Shown here: piece after piece, positions 12,060-25,161 of the stretch | How positions within the stretch are numbered: the stretch's first letter is position 1 | Layout of the letters: every line of letters starts with the position of its first letter | Assembly (NCBI GenBank): GCA_011109175.1 | Contig: RDEW01000023.1 | Span: 862,468 to 926,467 of the forward strand | Direction: 5' to 3' | DNA: 64,000 bases | Source of the DNA: Dicyema japonicum | Taxonomy: Eukaryota > Animalia > Dicyemida | The notes under the pieces: generated by a model | The model's input: only the letters and a program-made list of their open reading frames with translations | Told to the model about the DNA's origin: nothing | Database searches by the model: none | Translations under genes and position numbers: made by a program

Positions 12060-13500
12060 GGATTTTACTGTTCTATCATTTAATGTCATAGGCTTGAAGG
12101 ATATTTCCAAACGAATAATCTTATGTCAGGATCTGAATACCTACAATGCCAGTTGGAAACTTTCAAAAAAGCCAAGTGTGGATATGTGAGTTACATAATG
12201 ATTACCGAATCATCTTCCTACCATCAGAATCTCACCACTGTGGACAGGGTTTGCTATTCACAAGAGTCATTGGAATTCAATCTACTAATGTTATCGTGGC
12301 CCGGTGGCGTAGTGTAAAGAGTACAATTTAGGGGGACTAATCCCCCAGTTAAAACAGGTAGGAAATTCAATATGGATAAATCAATTCGTGTCCGCAAATT
12401 GAAACCCCATCCGTCCCCAAGTATTTCCCCAATCAAAATAGACTGGTTGTAAGTACGTTCACTGAAAAGAATGCGAGGAAAGACGGAATATGGATATATC
12501 CTCTAAAGAATCTTGGCCCAAATTGACTGCGGGTCCTTACGAACATCTGCCAGTCGTTATTGAACTCAGGATTTGTGCTATGCTCTGGAAACAGTCGACA
12601 ATAAATCGACTCTAAAACCTAACATGGACCCTAGTGATCCAGAATCCTTTCACCCAATTTCCCTATTCTTTGTTGCATCTAAGATCCTCGAGAAATATAT
12701 TCTTAACTTGATACAGCCATACCTGAATCTGTCAACTCTCAGTACGACTTCCACCTTAACCCATCTAACCAAGTTAACTGATTTTATTGCGTACGCCGTA
12801 CGCATTCAACAATTACGAACCACAATTCGTACTGTTTTGGTTTCCTTTGGCAGGACCTCCTGCCACAAAATCATTAAATTGAATATTCTTCCATTCATAC
12901 AGAGATGGGTGAAATTATTTCTGTCTGACAGATTGGAAGCACTCTGATGATGTCAAAGATCTCATGCCAGTTACCTATCAAACGGAGACCCACAAAACTC
13001 TGTCCTTTTTCCGGCTTTATTCAACCTCTACCTGTGCAGCATAAATGAGCTAGAAGATACGCTGTTCCTATCCTATGTGAATGATTTGATCCTCGCGGTT
13101 CGTAATAGAAACATCACCTCAGTCCGACTAATACCGCTTCCAATCACACTTGGATTCTCTTGAAACTTGGTTATTAGCTAATATCCTTTCTTCCTACAAA
13201 TTCAGCTGCACGGTATTCACTTCCGACCGACGTCAGCTAAACATAACGAAGGAACTGAAAATATTAAAGAAAGTCTGCCCTGTACCAAAAATACAGCAAA
13301 ACCTAGGAATAATCTACGACCACGTGGACCACATGGTTCCAAAAGCAAACAAGAAAATGAAAGCTCTCTGAGAGGTGCCGGGATCTTCTTCGACCAAGAC
13401 AAGTAAAACCTCAGAATAACCACAAACAATATATCAGGACAATCTTGAACTCCTAGGCCTCATCCTTCGCAGCCTGCCCCATCCAAAAAAATCAGACTCA
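12060..13500 (+). mobile_element. Heavily decayed APE+RT LINE (Ingi/I-like)
   Basis: FNVIGL (APE start), PESFHPISL..SKILEK, G.PQ.SVL.P.LFNLY, SYVNDL (decayed YADD), with many breaks. Confidence 0.7.
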
Positions 13501-13599
13501 AAATGGAACTCTTCCATCAATGATTGATAGTTTGTACTAGGAATCATATTACTAGGGAAAAAATATCATCACAAGTGATTTCCCATACAAAAGAGGTCC

Positions 13600-15020
13600 T
13601 TTTGTAAATGGAGGATAATCATATTGTCAATTGGATTAATTATTATGATTGGACATCGGATTAAAATTCAAGCCACAAGATTTGGTAGCTCTATAAGACC
13701 AGGTTTAAATCTACTTGGTTTTAACTGATTTTGATGAGTATGCATTAATTACGTATTTTTGTTAACAAATTGTGAACAGATAAATTGGTGGTGAATGAGT
13801 TAAAACCCCCACGATACGAAATGCGCTGTTATCATTTTTTAAGGAAACCGGTGGCCTCAACGACGTAACTACCAATGATGGAGGTTTACATATGAGTCAT
13901 TTTATCGTGTAGCAAATTGCATACAATTGTAACCAACAGACCCACTACCTCTCTCTGCCCCATTTATTAGTTTGTTTAGTAGCTACTACGGGACAATCTC
14001 CTTACTTACGTTCCCAGTTCCTTCTATTCAGTCCATATCCATAATTATGGGAACCTATCAAGTCAAGTAAACAACCAGGCACTGTGCGTATTTTGAGACA
14101 GTTGGATTACGTGATGCCTATTGGAATCGGAGAAGTCACTGAAGTTCGATAAAGTAGGTACCGGTATGGAAATCGAACCCACAATCAATCGCGACACAAG
14201 TGACAGCATTAACCACTATGCTACAAAGAATAAGCTCTGTATAAAATCCCACTATTTTAAAAATCTTAGTAATACTCATGAATAAGCTTAGATTAAACAC
14301 TGATGACCGCGTCACTTGTAAACCCTTGAGCATCGTAGATGCGTTAAATCTTCACCGAATAGACAGCAGCGAGATTCAAAAAGGGGACAGCAATCAATCA
14401 AACGGTCGAATAATAAAATTATTTTTTTCCAAGAATTTAAAAACATAGGGCCGCGTGGCGCCATGTGGTGCTGCGTGGTTAATCAGTTGAAGTTTTCTGT
14501 TTGCTTGTCTCTTCCTCTTCTCTCTTCCTAATAGAGTGGCGTCATGTGATCCACCTGTCTAGGTGACGCCCATTGCCAGGCCGGCATGAAAAAGGATCAT
14601 TTGCTCTCCCCCACTCCACTGGAGAGGTTTCCAAAACTGCATGTAATGGATGTCTTACCTTTTATGCTGATTCTGGATGGACTCTGTTTCTGTAGAAGTG
14701 GAAACTGGATACACCTAATTAGTTGTTTACTTTAACTTATTTCTCGGTATATCCGGGGTTAATAAAATAAATAAGCTTTAGATAAGAAATAAATATAATT
14801 ATACGAGATGCCAACACGTCAATGCTTATCAGAATGATTGGATGTATTGATTGCGGAAGGAAGAGCCTATATTGACACGATGGCTCTTCCAAAACATTTG
14901 GCTCACGATCATGAGGGGTAACATCTCTACAAAACACTATGGAGCCCTTTAACCTTGTATTGACATTTGAGACTGAATTATTCCAATAAAATTAACGTAT
15001 TGGACGAGATTTACGGACAT
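13600..15020 (-). CDS. Probable multi-exon host gene, unidentified; boundaries approximate
   Basis: ATG at 15020 followed by several host-type GT-AG micro-introns (14973-14996, 14637-14658, 13986-14009). I could not assemble one continuous frame. Confidence 0.35.
14161..14223 (-). other. tRNA-like head (pseudo-tRNA or SINE 5' end)
   Basis: Reverse strand TAGCATAGTGGTTAATGC...GGGTTCGATTTCC gives A and B boxes; no clean cloverleaf. Confidence 0.5.
14290..14385 (-). mobile_element. Old, degenerate fragment of the same tRNA-SINE
   Basis: Reverse strand AATCTCGCTGCTGT..ACGCATCTACGATGC..AGTGACGCGGTCATCAGTG matches the SINE body. Confidence 0.75.
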
Positions 15021-15090
15021 AAAATGAAATTCAAAAATGTACTACAATATAGACTTATTCAAAAAATAAGAAAAAGGAAATATAGTGAAT

Positions 15091-17000
15091 CTAAAAAAAT
15101 TCTTCAGTGGAAATATTTGTTTGGGCGTCCAGGGCGTACTTAACACCTGGATACGATATTTTCAATGGCTGGAATGGAAAAACTAATCTGATATCTTGAA
15201 ATAAAATTTTTTCATTATTCTCCGTATTCTTCACTCTAATTGATAATTTTCAAACTTCAACCTCAAAAATACACAAAACTGAAGAAAACTCTCGTATTTT
15301 GTTGGGTCTACGGTTTTGTCAATTGGGGCATAGTTAACCACGTGGCGAATGTAGACGATTGAGTTTGGCGACATGTGTGGTATTTTAAATTTTATAAAAA
15401 ACATTCTTCTAACAAAGTCTTCAGAACTAAGCAGAATCTAAGTGAGTTAAACGATAACCATTTGAATCATCCCGGATCTCTTTATTCTATAGCACGGATT
15501 CAAATCCCTAAGGTCCACATAACCCTAACAGAATTATAAACACGTGGGACCAAATATGGATAAATATTTATGTTGTTCGCATATTTTTCAAAGAAAAAAG
15601 AGATAACAGGTAGGTGGATTTCTTCAAATATTTGAGATTTTCTAGTGAAGCTAATTTTCACGGTAAATCCCATAACAAAACCAACGGGATAAAACGCTAA
15701 GCTGAGCAAATTATTCTAGGAAATTCAACCCCAAAACAACCAAATATGAATCAAGGAATCCAGTTGGTCTTTGTATAGATGTGCTCTTGATCATTTGGGA
15801 CAAAGCCCTTGGATCCCTCGGGTACTTCGAGTAGACCACGGGACTTCTACAAATAATTCTAAAACTGACGTTTCGTGTTTTCTATCCCCCTCTGTCTGTT
15901 TTTTTTCGACAAAAGTCTAAATGTAATTTTGTAAGCTACCGAACTCGGGGACATTACAGATTTTATTCTAAAATTTCATTAAAATTACGACTTTGGAAGA
16001 TTTGGAAGAACGGTCAGTTCGTCGACGGGACCCACCGTTGCTTTCAATGGTGATAGAGTTTCGCGTTTCCTTGCTGAAGATAAATCGATTTTTTTCGTCA
16101 ACGTCTGGACTTTGAAAGGTTACTTTGAAGAGTTTGGAACCAGAAAATACGCTGGTTTTGTAATACAATGTGTTCTCTTTTACTGTTACATTTCCTCGAA
16201 GAGGAAGCCAGTCAATGACAATGGACAATGCTTCGTCTTTCTCTTCATATTTTGCCTTTGGAAAAATTATGTGTTGATTTTGATCCACAAATATTGACTT
16301 TGCTTCAAAACTGGTCGATATTTGCAGGCGATAATTTATTTGTCGATGCTGATCGATAAATTGAGATATTTCACCATTTTTGAGATAGAGATTGAGATAT
16401 TTCACCATATTGGCTGATCTATCGTTTCTACATTAAATCTGGGGATACTCTTTGAAGTTTCCGATTTTGGAAAGAGTCCATCGTTCGATCAATAATTTTT
16501 CTTCAACTTCGATTTCTTTGGTGGAATCAATGGTCATATAAGTCTCAATGTAAATTGACGGAATTTCAGACTCCGTCAAATCAAGGCCAAGCAACTCCAA
16601 AATTATATCGTTTGTGTCGGAATTCTATAAATTTTAAGGTTAAACAACTTCATCGACCCTAACTTTAGTAGAATCGAACAATTCATCTAAAGTTATGGGT
16701 TTGGCCGAATCATCCGTTCGGTTAATTCTCCAAGTTTTTACGTGGTCGTATAGATTGGAGTAAAAAACACAAAGAGCCCCTGTTTCCTGGCTTTCACCCA
16801 TTGCTTTCATGACTTTAGAAATATCGCGGTTTTTCTTTGAGAATACTATTTTATATAAAACTTATAGCTGATGTAATAAATTGCATGATTTTTGTTATAT
16901 GATGATATTGTCACTATTTTTATCGATAATCCAATAATTTACGTAATATTTGAGTAAGAGCCTTATATGAATTATTCTGATAATCGATCTGATTGGACGA
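15091..17000 (-). CDS. Atos homolog / FAM214 family (DUF4210 plus C-terminal conserved domain); 5' end uncertain and may extend to ~17.9 kb
   Basis: Spliced pieces KLLIERWTL; GFLDSYL^NNLLSLAFYPVGFVMGFTVKI..LPV..F..YPYL (25-nt intron 15716-15740); YRIKRSGMIQM..RMFFIKF..M....YIRH; ILFQDIRLVF..TEEFF*. These follow, in order, the FAM214 motifs LLERW, GxFEES..PxGxVxGFT, YRVP.SGTIQV and IYLHRDVRLLF as I recall them. Confidence 0.7.
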
Positions 17001-17899
17001 AGATTTCCTTTCGGCTCCTTACCTACTTCGAGTCAGAGGCGTTATTTGATCCACCTAACAGACCTCCAATGCCTTGCTAGTATCCAAAAAGTTCCTCTCT
17101 TACTCCAGAGGAGGAGTTACCACAATGGTGGATACTTTGAAAGAATACGACACATTCCGACAGAGGGAAATAGGACAGAGGAATAAATAGGGGAAATGAA
17201 ACCTACATCAGGGGTTATTAAATAATCGATCGTTACGCAAAAAAAACAAATTCTATAATATTCAGAGTCAACAGTTCTCTGATAGGAAATTGATTTGGTA
17301 GATTTTCAATCGATTGATTCACTAATCGGGTTCCTAGAAATTCAAACTATTCTATGTATGTTTTCAGTGCATTTTTGCCATTATGGGATAATTTAAATTC
17401 TGTAAGAGTTTTCAGTGTTTGCGTTTTGTGGTTCAAATATATTATCTTTGAGTGAAAATAAAGTCTAGGAAGAAATACAGGAGAAATCTTATTCAATCCT
17501 GAGCTTACATAACTTAACGTTCCAACTGTTATTAATCCGTAAATATTTTTGTCGACTATACTCTTTTTGTAATCGCACAATACATCTACTTTCTCTCATA
17601 ACAGATGTAACCTCTTGTCTCCTTTTGCTATGCATATAGGCAAATCATCGGGAGACACTGGATATCCTAAGTTTTAAACTAATAAACTGTTGGACGCACA
17701 GATTTTAAACCTTTGAATCTCGTCCAGGACGCAAAATAGAACAATATAAGTGATTATTTACCGAATGTTGTTTAGGAAGATAGTACGATTCAACAAATAT
17801 TTCTAATATAATGAAATTAGCTTTAATCCAACTTAAAACCGAGATGTAAAACCTTTTTAAAGTTTATGAACTCTTCAACCTAATTATATGATATATTTT

Positions 17900-18900
17900 T
17901 ATAATCATTCAATGTTCTGAAACCCCACAACGATATTGGTTGCATCTCGGGCTCAATGCTAAGAAACTTGATGAGTTGTTTTGTGGCGATTGTTGACCGG
18001 ATTCATCCTCTTTCTTTCGCCAGGAGGTTATCTAGAACACCACCCTCAAAGAAATCAAATGTTGTCGGAAATCAGTGGGTTCGCGTCTCTAGTAAAGGCC
18101 CAAAGAGTTGACCACGGGGATGGTAGGACTTCATGAGACGACCATTTTCCATTCTCACCGTGAAGATCTCCTGTGTGAGATATCACATATAAATTGTTTT
18201 ATTTTCTAAATACCCAGACAGTGAATATTTTTCGTTAACCGACAGTCAAAAGATTGAGCTAATAAAATAGCTTGGTTTTAGGTTTTAGTACGGCATAGTA
18301 AAATCTCTTCATCTCTTTAAGATGAATTTGATCTCAGATGACTTGGAAACCATAGCATGCGTTGCTTCATCACTGGTTCACTTTTTCTGTCGACATTTTG
18401 TTTCTCCAAATGTTGATTATGCCGAATAGCCATAAACAAATTCACTGCATTTAATTTGGAATTCACCAGACTCTCAATTTTCTGGTTTACTTGCGAAGAA
18501 ATTATTTTTAACATTTCTGGCTTTTGAATTTGTCCGGAAGGACCTTCCAATACACCAAGGTATTTATATCCATCCATTCCCTCTAACAACTTGTTTTCTG
18601 AACTCAGGCATTGCTATTTCCTCTCCAAACTTAGACTTGAACCCTTTCAAGAGAAAGCCTATCCACCTCTGGGACACGACCGAGTCTAGAGAGCGTGTTT
18701 TCAATAACCGAGGCAGCCCATTGTTCTCGACAATCAGTTGTTGTGGAAAATATTATTGCTCGTAAAACCGTAAATTTCGTGTTGTTTTGCTGAGGACGAA
18801 TCCTAAAAGTATTCGGCAGAAACATGTCGGACAAGCTCGGCGATCGTTCGATTTGGGTTTTCTTTACTCGATTCGGCACAGAAGTCCGAATAATCAGATA
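17900..18900 (-). mobile_element. HERO/NeSL-like RLE retrotransposon fragment
   Basis: GYKYLGVLE..KIESLVNSKLNAVNLFMAI, the RT thumb motif of this clade; heavily decayed. Confidence 0.6.
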
Positions 18901-19237
18901 AATTTAGATGGTTCTTATCAACAACAGCCATTAACCAGCAACGTGTTTTTTTATTTGAAGTATTCTATTAATATTCAATTATTATTGAAGGTATTCGTTA
19001 AAAAAGCAACGTTATTATGTATAAAACGTCTAATGCAAGAAATTTGTTCCTAGCATTAAATAAGTATGCTGCCTCGCTGCTAAACTACTACATAAATCTT
19101 CAATCAATCACTCCGAAGTAAAACAATTTTCCAGTAAAAAACATAATCTCCCAACAGCTGAATTAAAATTAACTATTCTTTTTCCTTTTTCCTTATAAAA
19201 TTAATTCAATTAATATTTTTATATATTAATAATTTAA

Positions 19238-19816
19238 ATGATTCTTAGTGGGGTTCGTTTGGTTTTAAAATTATTAGAGATTGCTAGCATTGAGAAGGCC
19301 TATAATTAAATTAAACTCGCCCAAACAGTGGTATTCGAAGAATATGAACGATTGGGAGTTAATTTATAAGGGAGCCTTCGCAATCGAGTATTAACAGTAA
19401 AAAGCTTCTCCCTCTTCACAAGTTTGACTGGTCTTGGTCTTCAAGGATTCCTAATTTTGGCGGGAAAAATAAAATTGTCCCTTTTAGGAGCTGCTGTCTT
19501 ATTTTCCTTCAATATCTTCGTTTTAATGACTCCCATTTTGCTACACGTGCTGACACGGAATTATGTGATGGCTATTTACTATAACGAGTCCAAGGACATT
19601 TATCAACTAAACACATGTTCTTTGGTTTTGAGAACGCTGAAATTTCAAGTTCGGAATACTGACGTTACTATTCCTCCGATTCCTCGGTTTTTTGAAACTT
19701 TCCGTGTCAACAATCGATCCTTTTTCACTTCAGAAGAGGGATTTTCTACACGTGCTCACTTTAAGCGATTCTTTGAAGGGGATGATGTGCTTAATAAGGC
19801 TGATGAAGTTATTTAA
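19238..19816 (+). CDS. TMEM70: TMEM70 (mitochondrial ATP synthase assembly factor)
   Basis: MILSG^RLLALRRPIIKL.. (25-nt intron 19253-19277; presequence-like), then ELIYKG.L...VKSFSLFTS, two TM segments, TPILLH.LTR.YV..IYY, F.TF. Needs one extra G in the GGG run at 19370-19372. Confidence 0.8.
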
Positions 19817-19899
19817 TATTTTTGATATTTGACTAATAAAATTTTGTTTATATTTATTGACTTGTTTTATTTTAATTCAAAATAATTATCTTGGACAGT

Positions 19900-20135
19900 A
19901 TGTGAGGAAGATCGAGGAAATGCAAGAGGGCTTTTAGAGTGGTGGATTTGTAAGGAATATCGAACCGGGGAGCCTCTCATGAGACTGGATTCCAGAATTC
20001 AGTCCCGTAAATTCAATCAACCACCCAGTATTGTCATGTGCGGGCTTGAAGAAGGAACACCGGGCCGAGATAAGGTCTCTAATAGAACTCATCGGGATCA
20101 CGTGATAATTAGCTTGGTTTTACCGTGGTCTTTGG
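19900..20135 (+). mobile_element. Short LINE 3' end
   Basis: ..EHRAEIRSLIELIGIT* then TAATTAGCTTGGTTTTACCGTGGTCTT, homologous to 11860-12050 and 34735-35115. Confidence 0.7.
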
Positions 20136-20197
20136 ATGTATCTATCACATTACGTGGTTACCCATCATGGCTTTTAGCTAGTCCAACATTTTTCCTC

Positions 20198-20425
20198 ACA
20201 AATCTCCTCTATTACTCACGTGTTAATTTTTTGCTATAAATTATATCTATTTCACCAAGTCTTTACTTCATTTCGTAAATTTCTGTTGCACCACGGTGTC
20301 ACTCCATTCCAAAATTCTTATTTGAACCACGTGGTTTCATTTTTACCATAAACTCTCTCTGCTACACCACGCGATCCTTTTGTCATGAGAAATCTATTTC
20401 TATTATACCTCGTGATCCTTGTTAT
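20198..20425. repeat. Degenerate ~39-bp tandem repeat, about 6 units
   Basis: Recurring AAA(T/C)..(T)CT..(C)ACCACG(T/C)G core spaced 34-40 bp apart. Confidence 0.55.
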
Positions 20426-20704
20426 TCTTTTAGTTATTACCAGAAGTAGCTAAGTGGATAACGAAACTGCAGAAATGACCCCATAAAAAAAACTTGACAT
20501 CGATCTTTCATATTGCTCGTAGAAATTCATTCAATTAAGTAACCTGGTCTAATTTTTGGCACAAAATAAAATACTGTGTTGAGCATTACCATGATATCTC
20601 ACAACGTTGAGTGTATGAGTATATGTTAGGTAACGAAAATGATTTATTTTTTATTAGAATGAATTTTTTGGATAATTTATAAATTTCAAAATTAAATATA
20701 TTTA

Positions 20705-20990
20705 CAAATATGGCGAGATTGGAGACCACTTTCGTTTTGTACCGGTGGCAATCGTGACGTCTGATGCCGCGGGAAGTATCACAGCTTTTTTCCTAAAGGA
20801 AATCGGGGGGAAATTGACCCACCGTAAGAAAGACGTGCGGGCGGTCTGGCTGAGATAACGAATTGGGATTGCAGTTGTCCGCGAAAACGCTTACACCGTA
20901 ATGTCAGCAGCCGCTCTTCCCCATAGTTAATAAATTATTTTATTGTTAAAAATAAAAATTTATACATTTTAATGAAATAAAAATAATATG
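20705..20990 (+). mobile_element. CRE-clade extreme 3' fragment
   Basis: FVPVAIVTS....FLKEIG....WL..RIGIAVVRENA followed by an A-rich tail. Confidence 0.75.
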
Positions 20991-21719
20991 TCAAACTTTA
21001 TCGATTATTTCATTGACACGTCAGATATCTCGATTTTTATAACCATTTTGTCGAGGCGTATTAATGTTTTTATTACTAAACCTCAACTTGAGGAGGACAT
21101 ACACTTTATTTTAAAGGGAAGAAAAGTTTTGCTGATTAATAGTATAGCAATATAAATTGTTTTAATTGCTAAACACATATTCCGCAAATACTTGTCGTTG
21201 GTCTATGCTCAAAAAGTTAATGTAGCTCGGGTGAACTACAACATAGCTCTATTCATATCTTCATCGCATCAAGTTAGAAGTGATCTTTCTTCACCTTCGT
21301 AATGGAGTCAGATAGCATCGGTAACCATAAATGTTTAAATTAATAAACATCAGATACGTCAATGTCTGGGTTAGAACACCGACTCACCCAAATTGGAGTA
21401 AATTAGATAGGATCTGTCTACGTTGGAAGGGAACAGGGGAATTGTTAGATAGTTAAAGTTAAAAAAATAATATTTTGAGGATTAAATAGAGTTTTGAGAG
21501 TAGTCCTGAGCTAAAAGGAACCTTAGAAAATTGGAATCGGCTTTGCGCAATATCAGAGAATTCTCCTCGGTTAGGAATTCCAAATGATTGGAAAGGGAAC
21601 TGTTCCAGTAATCAGCACACGCATAGGAGATGCTCGATGCAAATAAGAAATTTGTGACTAGATAATTTTCGGCCTTCCATAATTTTATGAGGTTTTTAGA
21701 CGTTAGACTTTTTCCCACA

Positions 21720-22145
21720 ATTTATTTATGTATTATTAACCCAAGAACACCAATAGTTAATAAAATTACTAAATTAATTAAGTGATCTCGACAGCCTCAA
21801 TCAGATTTCTCATCCTTTCCTTGTGGCTTCTGGGATCCAAAACAGCTTCTCAGTGATTATTTGGGGAATAAAAATTGGAGAGGGGTGATGTATGTCCTTC
21901 TCATAAGACACGTCCTAACTGTGTACTGTTGGGAGTTGCAGTTCATGCTCAGGGAGCAAATCCCTTTACATTTCGTCGGATAAGGTCTTCAAGTGATAAG
22001 GGGAATAGTTTTTCTAGTTTCCCAAGATTACTAATAGTAGTGGTTGTCAAGTACTCAATGTCGCTGATTTTTTGATTGTTCGTTTAGGAAGATTAATTCC
22101 CATGACGCAATTGCATAGATGACAGATGGCTCAAATAATTGTGCA
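21720..22145 (-). mobile_element. LINE family X 3' fragment
   Basis: Homologous to 3285-3715, with the same tail; abuts the tail of LINE Y at ~22146. Confidence 0.75.
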
Positions 22146-25100
22146 ATTTATTTATTTAACCCCAAGACCACCAGGAAAGATAAATCAAAACTGACTAATT
22201 AGGTGATCCCATCCTCCAGCAACATCCGAACTCTCTTCTGATTATCCAACCGCACTCCGGAAGCGTCTTCTCTTCCTTCTGCAAAGGGATTCAATCGGCG
22301 TACACTTTTTTATTACCGACCGATATCCCTCTGCATGGGCCACCTTTTCCATGAGTGAGTTTCCCAGTTCCTTGCAGAAACGTAGTAAACCCTGGCCATT
22401 TTTCAACGTTGCCTCATCAGAAACGAGGTCGCCAATGAGGATGTCCGTGTGGTGCATAATTCTCCGCCTGAGGGATTTCAAACGGTCCATTGTCGAAGGG
22501 GAAATCACAAACTTCGAAGCGGAATTGGCATATTCAATGGTCGGTACAATTACTTGTTGATAGACTCTGCTGATGCAAGCAGCCGGAAAAAATGGGCTCT
22601 TCTTTATCATCGCATTCAGAATGTTCCATTTTCGAAGACCCTTGGCAAGCAGCTTTTCCACGTGACTCGAGAACGTCAACAGAGAGTCGAATGATACACC
22701 AAGGATCTTCTGGGTCCTGCGTAAAAGGGATGGGAGTGTTTCCGATGGATATCTCAAGCCCACCTTTGAACCTGTCCGTAGTGAATAATGTGAACTGAGA
22801 CTTGGATGCTGATACACATAACATATTTGCAGATAGCCAGTCACTGATTCGGTTTAGGTGTGTCTGAAAAGTTGCTACAGCCATGGAAGGAGATTTATTT
22901 CTTGCAGCGATAATTAGGTCGTCCGCATAGGATAAAAACATAGTGTCCTGGTCATTAATAGTAGGTAGGTCATGTAGAAATAAATTGAAAAGGAGAGTAG
23001 ATAAAGGGGAGCCTTGCAGGACCCCACTGGGGAGTAGTCTTGATTTTGATGTGGTTTTGTCAATACGGACCCTTCCGCGTCGTGCAGTTAAGAAGTTTTC
23101 CAGCCATAGCTTGATGTTTGGGTGTAAGTTCGAGTTAAAAATCTTTTGAGTTAGAAGTTTCCTCGGAACATATCAAAGGCCTTCTGTATGTCGATAAATA
23201 CTAAGACCGTCCGTAAGTGTGTTCTCATGTTGAAGCCGTAAGTAATAAACTGGAAGATAGAACCCAAATGAGTCGTTGTAGAACGGTCTGCCCTGAAACC
23301 ATGTTGAAACTCTGGTAGATGTAGAACAGGAGAGATGCGCATTAACACAAGCTTTTCCGGTACTTTTGATAAAACACAAGTTATTGAGATGGGGCGGTAA
23401 GAAGAGGGAACGTCTTTTTGGTTTTCTGGGCTTTAGGATTGGCGTAATGAAAGAGTTTTTCCATATACAGTAAACCATCATTAGTCCGAACTTCAATAAT
23501 CCGAATTTTTTGATGAGTTAGCAACATTTTACAAAATTTCTTTACAAACAGGCTTCAATAAACCGAAAATTCATTATCCGCAATCCGAAAGACATTTATC
23601 AAATATTTCGGATTAATTTATTTTGTCTTTGTTATACATTCAGATGAATTTACACTTAAATCTAACAGTACCTAATTGTTAGAAAAAACTAATATTTGTG
23701 AAATAAAAATGTCAAATATGACTCTCAGAGAATTATCTCAAATCTGTGAATAAAAATGAACCTTTATTTGGGAATTTCTACCCTCAGAAAATTTAAAAAA
23801 CCGTAAAAGTTGGAAAACTGTGAAACTACGATTAACAAGTCAAGACAGCCAAGTGGTAAACATCAACTTAATAATTCACTTGTTGAATGGATGAAATTAA
23901 TGGTTTTATTACTGAAGATATCATCATTTCATAAGTTAAAGTATTTTGTGTAAAGCTTGGAATCAATGATTTTGAAATTAGTAAAGGCTACACAGATTTA
24001 AAAGAAGAATTAATCTTAAACTAAAAGTTCTTCACGAAGCTAGCAGCTTAACACAATATGAAATTAATTTGAATAGACAAATATGATTATTTAAAAATTG
24101 ACCATGACGTGTTGTAAAAATGGATAAAACTAGACTCTTTTTTCAATCTTACCTTTTTAAAACAATTTCATCTAAAGATAGAAATGGCATAAAGCAATCA
24201 AAAGTGAGGATTACTATAGCTCTTTGAGCTAATGAAACTGGAACAATAAAAATTAATCCTTTTTATTGGCCATTATAAAAAAACCAAGATTTTTAAAAGA
24301 TTTTGACTTTGAAAATTAATGTACTATGTAAGTAAAAGGGTTTTTGATGACAACATAACTTTTTAATGTTTTCATCAGTCATCATAGTGATGAATTAAAA
24401 TGTTACAGAAAAAAAGTTATTTTTACTGATTGATAATACTCCATGTTTAACGAAATTTTTTTAGAAAATTGAAATTTATTACTTCCAAAGAACACAACTG
24501 CACAACTTCAACCATGGATGCAGGCATAATCATGAACTTTAAGCATTATTATAGAAAAAGGCTTATTTGGATTATATACCCTTGATTTGGAAAAAGATTT
24601 TTTTGTGAATTTACGGAAAGCCATCATTATGGGATCTGACACACAAAGTAAAAGAAGGACATGAAATTGTTTTAAAAATACTGAGGCAATTAAATGTCTT
24701 GATTACTTTGCTAATGAAAGATATAATGCAAGATCCTGTTTTAAATGGGTATCGAACGAACTGAATTTGCTTATGAAAAAGAAATAACTCAAACAGAAGT
24801 GCTCGACGAGAACGAGATCGTCATTCTTTGTGAAGATTATAATGTCGACGAGGAAATTATTGATGCTAAAATGGAATGATATTATATGTGAAAACATAAT
24901 ATTAACTACAATGAAATTAATATATTTGTTTTCCTCACAATCCGAAATGCATCCAAATTTTTTTGTTCGGATTAATGAGGGTTTACTGAATTAGGTAGCG
25001 TATGGTAGTTGATAAAGTCGTTGTACAGTCTTGATAGTATGGCCAAGATGTTTGAGGTGAATAGTGTAAATACTGTCGGGACCACAAGCACGAGTGGGAC

Positions 25101-25153
25101 CGTAGCAATTTAATAGCCTTGTCAACATCATTGGGGGTGAAGAAAGTGGAATA
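22146..25153 (-). mobile_element. LINE family 'Y' (RT), interrupted by a pogo element
   Basis: QHGFR, FIDIQKAFD, GV.QGSPLS..LFN, SYADDL, ending ..GIT* with a (TAAA)n tail. The N-terminal piece GPDSIYTIHLKHLG lies beyond the pogo at 24989-25150. Confidence 0.85.
23468..24988 (+). mobile_element. pogo/Tigger DNA transposon, decayed
   Basis: 24-bp TIRs CAGTAAACCATCATTAGTCCGAAC / GTTCGGATTAATGAGGGTTTACTG (2 mismatches); TA on the left, AA on the right. DDE_1 motifs SKVRIT, LLIDN and LPKNTTAQLQP.DAGII..FK..YRK. Confidence 0.88.
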
Positions 25154-25161
25154 TGGTTTTT

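Noticed and set aside
21100-21718. Possible minus-strand gene fragment (ORF 21482-21718)
   Set aside because: No recognisable motif, downstream frames contain stops, and the 5' side is cut by a LINE; too weak to call.
22370-22425. Hammerhead-like core on the minus strand (CTGATGA-GGC-AAC-GTT-GAAA)
   Set aside because: Stem I cannot form, stem II is lost in the array copies, and it lies in LINE coding sequence (VSDEATLK).
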